Assembly (NCBI GenBank): GCA_043228905.1
Contig: JBHGNT010000002.1
Span: 5,642,001-5,706,000 of the forward strand
DNA from: Azolla caroliniana
Taxonomy: Eukaryota; Plantae; Polypodiophyta
Direction: 5' to 3'
DNA: 64,000 bases
Below are positions 51,701 to 63,136 of the stretch, one piece after another. Made by a program: the position numbers and the translations under genes. Each line of letters opens with the position of its first letter. Position 1 is the first letter of the stretch. The notes below the pieces were generated by a model. That model searched no databases and had not been told where the DNA came from. It worked only from the letters and a program-made list of their open reading frames with translations.

Positions 51701-52101
51701 TATATTTGTAAATAGAGCTAAGTTCATATAAGTATAAATATGACTTAGGGCAATCACTTTGTAAGGTTGTTGTTATTGTCATATTGTTGTACAGAGAGCG
51801 ACAGAGAGAGAGAGAGAAAGAGAGAGAGAGAGTAGCTATGAGCACTCTCTGTTGTAACCACCGTCTGGCGAAGATCGCGAGCACAAGGTTGTTGCCTCTG
51901 TGCCTCCATTTTGTATTTCCTCTCATATAGTGATAGTTGAAGTTTGTGGGCTCCCGTGGTTTTTCCCTATTAGGGTTTTCCACGTAAACATCCTGTGTAT
52001 TTTCCTTGTGTACTCTCCATTTCCCATTTCTGTGTTTCATTCTCATAGAAGTGATTCAAGTCTCGGTTGTGGCCGAGTAGTATTCCGCGCTATTCCTCTT
52101 A
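48770..52101 (+). mobile_element. Tnt1-like Copia K, 5'-truncated (INT-RT-RH and 3' LTR)
   Basis: HMSEK, YFVTFIDD, RTDNGGEY, KWVYKLK...YKARMVVKGF, LLYVDDML; PPT GAGTGAAGGGGGAG; LTR from 51529. Confidence 0.88.
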
Positions 52102-53638
52102 GAAATTCGAATACTTCATGGTAGATCACGGTTTCAACAAGATGAAAGCTGATCACTGTGTATTTGTCAAGAAATATGATGGAGGAGACTTTCTCATCCT
52201 CCTATTGTATGTTGATGACATGCTAATTGTTGGACAAGACCTGAAGAAAATTAGAAGCTTGAAAAAGGCTTTGAACAAATCTTGTGCCACGAAGGATATG
52301 GGTCCTGCAAAGTAGATTCTAGGGATGCACATTGTCTGGGATCGGACAAAGAAGTTGCTCTAGTTGTCACAAGAAAAATACGTGACAAAGGTGCTCTAGA
52401 GATTCAACATGTAGAATGCGAAACCGGTTGGTTCAACATTACCGACAAACAACAAGTTATCCAAAAGTCAATGTCCAAAATCAAAAGTGGAGAAGGCCAA
52501 GATGAACAAGATCCCATATGCCTCAGTAGTTGGAAGCCTGATGTATGCACTAGTTTGCACCAGGCCGGACATCACATATGCACTTAGAGTCGTCAGCCGA
52601 TTCATGAGCAATCAGTTCAGAGAGCATTGGGTTGTAGTGAAGTAGATACTTCGATACCTAAGAGGCACCTCGAGCGTGTGTCTCCAATTCAATTTAGAAA
52701 ATCCCATATTGGAAGGTTATATTGATTTAGACATTTCGGCTTATGTGGATATACCAACCGGTCCACGTCCAAATACATAATGATGTATGCAAGGGGAGCC
52801 GTCTCGTGGCAATCGAGGTTGCAAAAGGTTGTGGCATTGTCGACCATAGAAGCAGAGTACATGGTTGTTGTAGAAGCCAGCAAGGAGATAATTTGGATGA
52901 AGGAGTTCATCGGAGAGTTGGGGATTCGGCAAAAAGAATTACAACTCTACTGTGACAATCAAACTGTCATCCACCTTGCGAAGCATGTTGCCTACCACTT
53001 GAGGAGGAAGCACATCCAAAGGAGATACCATTGGCTCCAGGAGAGGGTAGAAGAGAAGGATTTTGCTCTAATAAAGATCCACATAGTATAAAATGGATCG
53101 GACATGCTGACAAAGGTGTTGTCAACAGAGAAGCTGCGTGCAAAAAACGAATTGGATTGACGAAGCACTCTATGCCAAAGTGAAGGGGAAGTTTGTTAGG
53201 AAATTGGTCCCTCCGGATGGGAAGGAAAGCATGCACTGGATCAGATGGAGTCGATTAAGTACCGACTGGATGGATAAGCCGAATCAGTCGATACCTAGGT
53301 CGAAAAATCGACTAACCAACAATCGATCGAAAAATATAGTACGACAAGTAGTTGTTGGGTTGTTGTAAATAGTTATGGTGAGTAGTTTCCTCTGTAACTA
53401 GAGTATAAGAGAGAGTGTGTGTGTGTGAGAGGTGTAACTTTGTGACCATCTTATTGTATTCCTCTCCATATAGTGATTTTGTTTGGAGTCTGTGGGCTCC
53501 CGTGTTTTTTCCCATTACATGGTTTCCACGTTAATATCTTGTGTCTCTATGTCAATGCATCATTTTCTATTTTTTCTGTTTTCTATTTTTTTCTTGTTTG
53601 TGCTTGATAATTGGTTGTGACTAATCCCATATTCAACA
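52102..53638 (+). mobile_element. Tnt1-like Copia L, 3' fragment (RT end, RH, 3' LTR)
   Basis: LLLYVDDML, VSWQSRLQKVVALST, YCDNQ; PPT at ~53178-53191; LTR 53194-53638. Confidence 0.85.
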
Positions 53639-54126
53639 GTACGTGGGTGTAGAGATTGAAATGACAGAAAAAGGGAAAAAAACCACGGGAGTCCACAGAC
53701 CTTGAACTATATCACTATGAGAGAAAGGAATACAACAAGAAACTGCAAGGCAACAACCTTCAATTCTTCTTCGTCAGACCGATGGTTATAGAGGAGGCAC
53801 TCTCACTATCTTTGTCTCTCTCTTACACCCAAGTTACACTAATGATTAATCACACTTATAATGATTTTCCCTAAGTGTATTTATACTCATACATAATATG
53901 GGCTATTTACAAATATAGCCTACTGAGGGCACATTGAGGCTATTTACAAATATAGCCCTGAGTCGGCTTCGACCGATTCGGCTAATAGCTGAATCGATTA
54001 TTATTCAATTTTCGGCCTCAACTGAATTGGGAATCGGTCTATTTTTTATTGTTGTCAATCAATGCAACTTACTCTTCTCTTTGACTCACGTTCTCCTTCC
54101 CATCCAGAGGGATCTGTTTCCTAACA
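53639..54126 (-). mobile_element. Partial Copia LTR O (F/K/L family)
   Basis: Minus strand starts TGTTAGGAAACAGATCCCTCTGGATGGG; shares GGGCTATTTACAAATATAGCC and CTCCCGTGGTTTTT motifs. Confidence 0.75.
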
Positions 54127-55542
54127 AAGAGATCCATGTCAACAACGAGTTGTCAATTGCATTTGCAAGGGCATTTACCTACGAGAATTGCCAAACAGTG
54201 AAGCAAACAACTAACCCTCAATCCTACAGGATAGCGCTCTTGCATGTGAGGCATCGATAGAACGTTGCCACAAGATGGGGAACCTACAACAGAAGATGGT
54301 AAGGTTCTAGAGCATGGCAGTTGATGATGCATTTACCGACTCTTAGCAACAATGCAAGGAGACACCACACAAACACAACAACAAAACCAATGTCAATGAT
54401 ACAGGGGAGACATTGATTCAGTTAATGCTAAAAAATGTTCACGAAGCCTGTGAGATGTTGGAAGTAACAAAGGCTACCTTAGAGAAAGCAACATGGTTGT
54501 TGCCATGTAAAGCAAGGTGAACATGCCTGTCACATTGCTGCAATGTGTTTGGGGGATTGCAATACAGCTCTCCCTGATAAGTGGACAAAATAGATAGGTA
54601 AGTTTGCTACTCGGCGCTCTACAAAGCAGAAGTTGTAAATAGGTAATAGTTGTTGCTAATTTGTTAAGTCCTAGGGAGAGTAGTAGCTAATTAGTTAAGC
54701 CTTGAAAGCTAATTATCTAATTAGCTAAGCCTTCAAAGCTATAGCTAAATAGCTAAAATTTTCCAATAGTAGTAGCTAATTAGCTTAATGTTGCGAAAAA
54801 TTATAGCTAATTAGCTACGCCTTGAAAGGTGTAGCTAAATAGCTATAGTTGTACAAGAGTGATAGCTAATTAGCTAACAATGGAAAGAGTAGTAGCAAAA
54901 TAGCGATATAGTGGTAGCTAATTAGCTAACACTAGGAAGAAAGGAAGCTAAATAGCTAAGGGAGTGGTAGCTAATTAGCTAACAATGGAAAGAGTAGTAG
55001 CAAAATAACGATATAGTGGTTGTTAATTAGCTAACACTAGGAAGAAAGGAAGCTCAATAAATAGCTAAGGCAATGGTAGCTAATTAGCTAACACTAGGAA
55101 GAGTAGTAGCTAAATAACGAATATTGGGAATAGTGGTAGTGAAATAGCTAATAGCAAGAAGAGTGGTAGCTAATTAGCTAATTAGTTATTGATGTACAAG
55201 AGTAGTAGCTAATTAGCTAACACTATGGAGAGTAGTAGCTAAATAGCTAACATTAGGAAGAGTGGTAGCTAAATAGCTAATTAGTTATAGATGTACAATA
55301 GTAGTAGCTAATTAGCGAACACTGGGAAGAGTGCTAGCTAAATAGCTAATAAAAAGAAGAGTGGTAGCTAATTAGCTAATTAGTTATAGATGTGCAAGCG
55401 TAATAGCTAATTAGGTAACACTGGGAAGAGTAGTAACTAAATAGCCAACGGCAAGAAGAGTGGTCACTAGTTAGCTAATACATGCTATTGTAGAACCTTG
55501 GGGATTAACTCACGTGCATGATGTGTCCGGTCGAGATGACGC
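54127..55542 (+). pseudogene. 5' part of decayed gene P (exon to 54597, satellite-filled intron 54598-55493, exon start 55494)
   Basis: VNNELSIAFARAFTYE frame; donor AG|GTAAGT; acceptor TTGTAG; downstream exon continues at 38866 on the minus strand. Confidence 0.55.
54640..55480. repeat. Minisatellite with palindromic core AGCTAATTAGCT and 99-bp higher-order repeat
   Basis: ~30-bp units; GAGTGGT starts at 55161, 55260, 55359 and 55458. Confidence 0.92.
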
Positions 55543-55918
55543 TATCGTGAAGTACGAAAGCTTCACATTAAAAGTCTAGAATAAGATAAATACGTGATGA
55601 AAATAAAATAAACCTTTATAATGTTAATAACATACTATGATAATATTATACATTATATGTAAAGACAAAGAAATATATATCTATTATATTACATGGGCAA
55701 GAGAGGATTTGAGCCAATAATCCCCACCTTATGACACTCTAACCTTAACATTTAGCCTATACTAACAATTTACAAGAGATTATACGCGTTGTTTTATTTG
55801 AAGTAGTATTTTATATTCTAAACCATGTAATACACCATTACATGGGCAAAAGGGAACTTGAACCAACAACCCCAACCTTACGGGCATTCAAACCTTACCA
55901 TTTAGCATATACTTGTGA
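55543..55918 (+). mobile_element. Truncated LTR of family I (right inversion breakpoint)
   Basis: Inverted copy of 39537-39913; preceded by ACGC. Confidence 0.88.
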
Positions 55919-56775
55919 CATTAGTTTTTGTTGGTCTTCTAGCTTGCAGACAACTCTCATCGGAGTCCCATTCTTCTTTTTTGCATGCCTCCAAAGAGCT
56001 CCATCCTTAAGGAAATACTTGTATGCCTTTTTCCGAATTCGATGGAAGCCTTCCGTCGACCATGATTCATCTTTTTGGAGAGAACTCAAGTATTTCCCGA
56101 TCTCCACGAATTCGCCTTCGTAGTCCTCTTCTATGAAAGTAGTCAACACCCGAGCATAGGAACTTGCAAAGAAATCCAAGCCAACATCATCTTCATCAGA
56201 ATGTCGATCTTCTTCTTCGTCGTATCTCGCTCGTGATAGCATGTTTGCAACGACATTACGCTTCCCAACTACATGACGGATCTCCGGGTTGAGTGGTTTG
56301 ATATATGCAATCCAACGCAACATGGCAATATCCGGTGTATTACAACCAGATATCATACCCAAAGTTGGTAGGCAATCTGTCTCAATTATGACTTTTGCTC
56401 CAATAAGGTAATCACGATCAGATTTGATTGCCGAGACGATCCCCCATAGCTCCCTCTTCACTTGGGCATACCTTCTTTGCCTGTCACTTAACACTTTCGC
56501 GCCAAACCGAATTGCATATTGGTTGCAATCTTCATCTTCTTGGTTGATAACCCATCCAATTCCGATTGGACTAGTATCCACAGTCACGAAAATGGGCTTG
56601 CCGTATGAATAGTCCGCTTTCCGTAATGCAGGTGCCTCCATCAATAATTTCTTCAGCCTTCGGATGGCGATTGTATGCTCGCTCGTCCATTCGAACATCC
56701 GCTTCTTCTTTAGTAGACCATATAATGGCTTAGCAATGTGAGCGTAGTGTGGAATCCATATAATTTCTTCTTTGT
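55919..56775 (-). pseudogene. Locally inverted Gypsy RT-end / RNase H / linker segment
   Basis: WIPHYAHIA...VTVDTSPIG...ANMLSR...KLMSQ, homologous to E pol. Confidence 0.88.
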
Positions 56776-56777
56776 GA

Positions 56778-57899
56778 TGTCATGATAGTGTTTTTGCAGG
56801 CCATCGAGGAATATGGGCTACGTTTGTGAAGCTTAAGGAGAAATATTGGTGGTCGGGCATCTACAAAGATGTGGCAGCTTATGTGGAAACATGTAAGGAA
56901 TGTCAAATGTTTTCGAATATTCGCCATCGAGATGGACTTCATCTGACTTACCCATTGGCTATGCATTACAAGTGGATGGTGGACATAGTGATGATGCCAA
57001 TGGGACGATGGCAGATGAAGTATCTTGTGCTTGCGAGAGAGGATCTTACCAATCAAGTTGAAGGGCGAGCATTAAGAACTAAGGAGACATCATCGGTTTG
57101 CCGATTCCTTCTTGAAGATATTATTTGCAGATATGGATGCGTCGGCAAGATAGTGGCTGATAGAGGCAAGTTGGACGCCAATGAAGCTAGAGAATTCTTC
57201 TCGAGGATGGGAATCCAATTATCTCTTACCATGGCGTATAATCCGGAAGCAAATGGGAAGGTGGAACGTGGACATGGACCGATTGTGAAGGCTCTAGTGA
57301 AAGCTTGCCATGGGAAAATAGGAGAATGGCCGCATCTATTGCCATTTGCACTATGGGCTGATAGGACTACTCATAGCACGGTGACGGGATACATGCCGAC
57401 AGAGCTCATATTCGGAAAAAAGCCAATAATGCCTATAGAACAAAGTATTATTTCATGGTTTGCATTGCCATGGCAAGATGAGATAAGTAGAGAAGATCTT
57501 CTAACATTGAGGATTCGACAATTAGAGCGGAATTTGGAAGATATAGAGGTGGCTAAAGCGCGGCTAAAGAATGCAAGGCTAAAGAACAAGAAAGACTTTG
57601 ATAAACGACATCGACTTTGGCCGAGGAAAATCGTTGAAGGAGATTGGGTGCTAGTCTATGACAGTAGCCTAGATAACCATAATAGTACGGCTCGAAAATT
57701 CTCACAACGATGGTTTGGGCCATATGTGGTGAAGAAAGTGGAAGATAATGCAACATATCATTTAGTAGAACTGGATGGTACACCACTTGCCTTGCCAATT
57801 GCCGGTAAAAGAATCAAGATCTTCAAGAGAAGAGATAGAATAGAAATTGGATTCGAAGCTTTTGACGATTCAGTCTTAAGCATCGATGAAAAAGTATAG
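56778..57899 (+). CDS. Gypsy J integrase (open frame, element 5'-deleted)
   Basis: CHDSVFAGHRG...CKEC, WMVDIV, IVADRG, NPEANGKVER, WFGPY; uninterrupted >357 codons. Confidence 0.85.
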   Translation, partial: CHDSVFAGHRGIWATFVKLKEKYWWSGIYKDVAAYVETCKECQMFSNIRHRDGLHLTYPLAMHYKWMVDIVMMPMGRWQMKYLVLAREDLTNQVEGRALRTKETSSVCRFLLEDIICRYGCVGKIVADRGKLDANEAREFFSRMGIQLSLTMAYNPEANGKVERGHGPIVKALVKACHGKIGEWPHLLPFALWADRTTHSTVTGYMPTELIFGKKPIMPIEQSIISWFALPWQDEISREDLLTLRIRQLERNLEDIEVAKARLKNARLKNKKDFDKRHRLWPRKIVEGDWVLVYDSSLDNHNSTARKFSQRWFGPYVVKKVEDNATYHLVELDGTPLALPIAGKRIKIFKRRDRIEIGFEAFDDSVLSIDEKV

Positions 57900-57966
57900 T
57901 AAACAAAAATGAATCCTCACCAAAATTGGCACATACCGGTGGATGTGCAGGTTTGGTGGGGGCAAA

Positions 57967-59662
57967 TGTCGTGTGAATCTTCACACACTATGTAAAAAAA
58001 TAATGAAATAATTATTATAGATTAGATGAGTAGTTTACTATAGAAAGATGGATATACTCAAGAGCTTCAAAACGTATTTTACTATAATGGAGAAATACAT
58101 ATTAAGTTATGTGAACATAAAGTTTGAGAAGATAGGGAAATTAGAACTATCCCACATAGATAGGAAAGTTAAGGCCCTGGCTATATAAGCACCTTGAGCT
58201 CCCTCAATTTTCATTTGTGCTAAGAGCACTTTGGCCACTTTGTCTTGAGGGATGATGGTGGCCAAATTCCCTAAAACTAGAAATTGGCCGGTAAACAAAT
58301 CCGAAAATTGGTCCGGTAAACAAATTTGGAAACCGGAACTGGCGGGCAAGTAAAACCGGAACCGGAACCGGTATGCAAACCGGAAACCGGCTGGTAAGCA
58401 AAACCGGAATCGAAAACCGGCAAGCAAACTGGAATTGGAATTGGTCGACAAGAAAAACCGGAACTGGTATGCAAACCGGAACCGGATCCGGCAAGCAAGC
58501 CGGAATCGGAAACCGGCCGGTAAGCAAAACCGGAACTGGAAACCGGCCGGTTAGCAAAACCGGAACTGGAACCGGAAAGCAAACCGGAGCCGGTACCGGA
58601 TTCGGCAAGCAAACCGGTACCGGAACCGGAAACTGGCCGGTATGCAAACAAGAAATCAGCCGGTACGCAAAACCGAGACCGGAACCGGCTACCGGACGAG
58701 GTTGGACGTGGATGGACGGAAGATTGGATCATGCAACAAACTAAAGTAAAGTGAAGAGAACTAAATTAAAGGCCATGTGGACGCAAGCAACTAAAGTTGG
58801 AGTGCATGCAAAAAGTAAAGGTCATGTGGACGGTCACATGCAACTAAACGAAAAAGCCATGCCACTAAAAATAGATGCAACTAAAAGAAAAAGCTAAGCA
58901 ACTAAAAGTAGAGGCCATGCAACAAAAAGTAGACATGCATATGATCAACGGGGAACACCATATATATTTCATTTTTTTCCTATACTTGGAAAGCTCTCTC
59001 CATATTATCTTAATTTTCTTTTCCTTCTCAACTCCCTTATCTTAGGGAAGCCATATCTCTCATAAACCCTAATCTTCCCTACGGAAGCCATAACACTCAA
59101 AAACGCTAATCTTCCCTACGGGAGCCATAATACTCATATAACCATAATCTCTTATGAAAGCCAAGAACCCTAATTTTCTTTTTTTTTCCTACACTCAAAC
59201 TCTCTCCGTATTATCTTAATTTTCTTTTCCTTCTCAACTCCCTTATCTTAGGGAAGCCATATCTCTCATAAACCCTAATCTTCCTACGGAAGCCATAACA
59301 CTAAAAAACGCTAATCTTCCCTACGGAAGCCATAACACTCAAAAACGCTAATCTTTCCTACGGAAGCCATAATACTCATATAACCATAATCTCTTATGAA
59401 AGCCAAGAACCCTAAATCTCAATGGAATCCATATCTTAGTTTCTTCTAATCTATTATTCTAGCAATCTCCTTAAGATAAAACTTTTGTAATCTCAATCTT
59501 GAGATTGATTGTAATCTTTCTTTCCCTTTATTAATGAAATTTGTGAATCTTTATCATTTTGTATTAATTGTTTAATATAAACATACGAATATGATATCTT
59601 TCGGTCGGAGGCCCTGGGGTCCTGCCTCAAAGTTCACGTATCCTCGTCGTATTTCCGCGACA
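57967..59662 (+). mobile_element. Gypsy J 3' LTR (~1.7 kb) with internal repeats
   Basis: Follows PPT GGTTTGGTGGGGGC; TGTCGTG...CGCGACA termini; AAACCGG-rich array 58285-58700; ~200-bp duplication ~58995-59415; followed by CCGT. Confidence 0.8.
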
Positions 59663-62600
59663 CCGTCCTTCTCCCTAGGTCTCACGTTGCCACGTTGGCC
59701 GAACTGCTGGGGTCTCCGGATCAATGTGAGGGTCCCATAGGACCGGTCTTCGTTTCTTCGCTTGCTGAGATCCGGGTGTCTTTTGTTTGAGTCCCTCCCG
59801 GACTCTCCTCATGTCTTCCGCGTAGTCGGGTCCCGTTTCCCGCCGCCACCAACCTTTTCTCTCGGTCTCATGTTGCCACGTTGGCCAAACTGCCGGAGTC
59901 TCTGGTTAGGTGTGGGGATCCCGTAGGACCGGACTTCCTTACACCCACTCACCTCGCCGGAAGGTTTGAGATGGTCCATAGCCACCTTGCCGGCCTCATG
60001 CCTCCTTGCCGTTCGTCGCCTCCTGTTGTCCGATCACGTTCTCCTGCCGCCACCGATCTCCCCTATAGGACTCACGCCGGCACTTGGGCCAACCGCCGGA
60101 TCGGTGTGAGTGTCTTTGTGGGACCTCCCCTTCTGGCTTCGGTTGCCCGCCTTGCCGCCGCCACCGTCCCTTACTCTAGGTCTCACGCCTCCTCTTGTCG
60201 TTGGCTGCCGGAGTCTCTAGAATCGGTGTGTGTAAGGTCACAGCTGCTCCGCTCTGCCTTTACCATTCTCTTCTGTTGGTCACGTTCACCTGCCGCCACC
60301 GTCCTTTCCTATAGGACTCATGCCGGCTCTCGGGCCGACTGCCGGATCGGTGTGAGGATCTCCGTAGACCGCCCATCCGTAGCCCTTTTCCTTCGTCCCC
60401 TCGCCGCCACCGTTCGTCACTTTAGGCCTCGCGCCGGCTCTCAGACCAACCGTCGGTTTCTGTAGAACCGGTGTGAAGGATCCTCCTCGGGCTTGCCATA
60501 TCTCTGACCCTTATCCCGGGTCTTCCTTCTTTCGTAAGTCGAGAGGGTGGCTCGCTCCACACCCTCTCCTGTGGTACCGACGTACTGTGTTCCCGACCTC
60601 TTCGTAGGCCTGCTCTCTCCCTCCCTCTCGGAATGGTTTTCCGGAAGTCCGTTCCGCCCGGTTCTCGTTCGGGTCCGTCCGTCATTCTCTGGATTGTCGG
60701 GTCCCATTCTCCTGTCGCCACAGATCTCTCCTATAGGACTCATGCTAGCACTCGGGCCGACAGCCGGATCGGTGTAAGGATCTCCGTAGAACCGGCCTTC
60801 ATTCTCCTCTTCATCCCTTGTACTTCTCCCGAACTTGTCCTTGCTCTCCTTCTCGCGCACCCGCCTCCATCTCCCATCTCTCTAGGTCTCACGTCGGCGC
60901 TCGTTACCGGCTGCCTGAGTCTCCGGATAAGACGTGGTGCTTCCGTCCTGTAACGATTTGCGGACGCTCATTCGGGGTACTGCTCCCAAGTACGTTCGGT
61001 GAGAAGCATCTGGTCTGTGATCAACCAAGCCCCGCCTGGGCTTGGTTCTCCAATATCCATAGTTTCAGTTCTGGTGCCGACCTCTCCGGACTCGTTCCGA
61101 ACCCTTGACCACTTCCCTTCCAATTCCCGACCTTTGCCCGGTCGGTCTTTCTCCCCATGTAAAAGAGGGCGGCTCGTCCCGCACCCTGTTTCGTATCGAC
61201 ACTTTCATGCCGAATCCGGCCCCGATCGAACGATCCACGACCAGATTCTGCTCCATCCGAATCGGAATGCCGATCTTCTCATGCCGCTCCAGTCCTCGGC
61301 CTCCTCGCAGGCCGTTTCCCATCCCTCTTCGTTGGCATCATGCTAGGACTCCTCGTCGGCGCCTTCCTTCTCTCCGGTCTCATGTCAGCACACGGGCATG
61401 ACCGCCGGAGTCTCCGGAATCCGCGTGGAGGGCTCTTCTCTGCTCTCGACCCTGTCCTCGGTCGGCAATTCTCCGCAAGTCGAGAGGGCGTTTTGTTCTG
61501 CACCCTCTCCCGTGGTACGTGGTACCGATCTTCCGCCATCTGGTGGGGCAAGACCGTCTCCCCGGTCTCAGCTTGAGGCCTCGATCTTTCCTCTTCCTCG
61601 AGCATCGCCTCGAGAGTTGCGTACGCCTCTGCAATCCTGGCCTCAACGCCGACCCTTGCCAACTCCCTTTGTCGTTCGGCCTCTTCCCGCTGTGATGGCA
61701 CGCCGTCGCGCCCCTTCCTCTTAGCCTTCTCGGCTCACTCATCATCTAGCCGTTGGCACACCCTTCCGACCTTCGACCAGTCCTCCGTAAGCCCATTCGC
61801 TCCATCATCGTCTTCGAGCTCAATCCCGATGGCTTCCCGTTCCGCTCGGTCGATCGACCTGATGAACAATAGGACTTTGTCCGCCCCCACCAAACTTTGT
61901 TCCCGCTTCGGGAGCCGAGCAAGCCGTCGCTGGAACTCTCGGAACGCCTTGGTCGCGCCCCGGTGGGTCTTTGCCGATGCTACCCACTGGTCGAAGTCGT
62001 GTCGTCCACGACTCTTCCGCCGTCCTCCGTATGCCTTCAGGAGCTCCTCTTCGAAGGCCTCCCACGAACTATGAGCCTCACGGAGCTCCTTTACTTCCGC
62101 ATGCATCCGGACAACTACGACCAGACAGAAGAACTCTAGCCTCAACGCCTCGTCTACGCCACGCTCCTCCATATCCGCGTTGTAGGCTCCCAAGTAAGAT
62201 GGGACTTTGTCCCCATTGAAACGGTCGACTCTTTCAACCACTCGCTCAACCGCTTGTTGCGCTGCTTCTCGCCTCATCACCACTCGTGCCGACTCCAACA
62301 CCACTTCGGCCACCATCACCGCGAGGTTGTCATCTTCCGACTCCATCCTCCCTTGCCGCCTTTCACGTCGGGTTCACCAAAGATGTCGCGTTGTTACGCA
62401 CATGCGTGGAGAAAGGCGGGACCACGAGGGTCTTGGACTAGGGAGTGACGGAGCGTAGGAACTCGTATTCACCGTTTCCGGGGCATCCCAGAAGCACACC
62501 GGAAGCAACCGAAGGGAGAGAGAGAAAGAGAGGGAGCGCGCGCTTGACACCGACTCACGCACACACACGCACACACACACAGGCTGACCCGACTCACGCC

Positions 62601-63136
62601 CTTATGTACAGGAAACACAGGAAAGGGGAAGCACCCGACACTAACAGAGACACGAATATACACAGACAAACGCAAATGTAAGTATTACAAGGGAAAGAAT
62701 ACAACCCCGGCTTTGAGCCAGACCAAGATAGGGTAGGTTACAACAACAGTCTGTAGCTAAGCCGCCGTTCGGGGAGCTCTCGGGATCGTCACGCGGAGCG
62801 GGGTCTTGCACAGGAGACCGAGCAGCAACAACCTTCAACAGTCCACCCACACCGTGAAGAAGAGGAAGAAGAAGTAGAAGAACTAACCCTAAATCTAACG
62901 GTATACCCTCTAACACAAAATGGGCAACCCCTCTACAAGGGACCATCCCTTCCTTTTATAGAACAAGGAGAGGGATGTCTTACAATGTGGGATAAATCCT
63001 GATTTACATGGGATTCTTCGTCCCAACTTAACTCCTATTATTCACACAATTACACGAGGGTGACTGCACATGGTGCACCCTGCCGATGTAGCCAATATTT
63101 CCCGGTTTCCGCCTCTGGACGAAATTCTTCACGACA
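59663..63136 (-). mobile_element. Non-autonomous Gag-only Gypsy element M (5' LTR and internal region)
   Basis: 5' LTR 62384-63136; PBS TGGTGAACCCGACGTGAA at 62362-62379; Gag 61735-62346 (DRFNGDKV...EDDDGANGLTEDW) followed by GC-rich repeats. Confidence 0.85.

Noticed and set aside
54640-55480. CRISPR-like look of palindromic repeats with short spacers
   Set aside because: Spacers are themselves repeated, the context is eukaryotic, and there are no cas genes
58107-58744. GT/PV-rich ORFs on both strands
   Set aside because: Produced by the AAACCGG repeat array inside the J LTR
59881-61745. Multiple overlapping ORFs in the M internal region
   Set aside because: GC-rich degenerate repeats give stop-poor frames; no domain recognised
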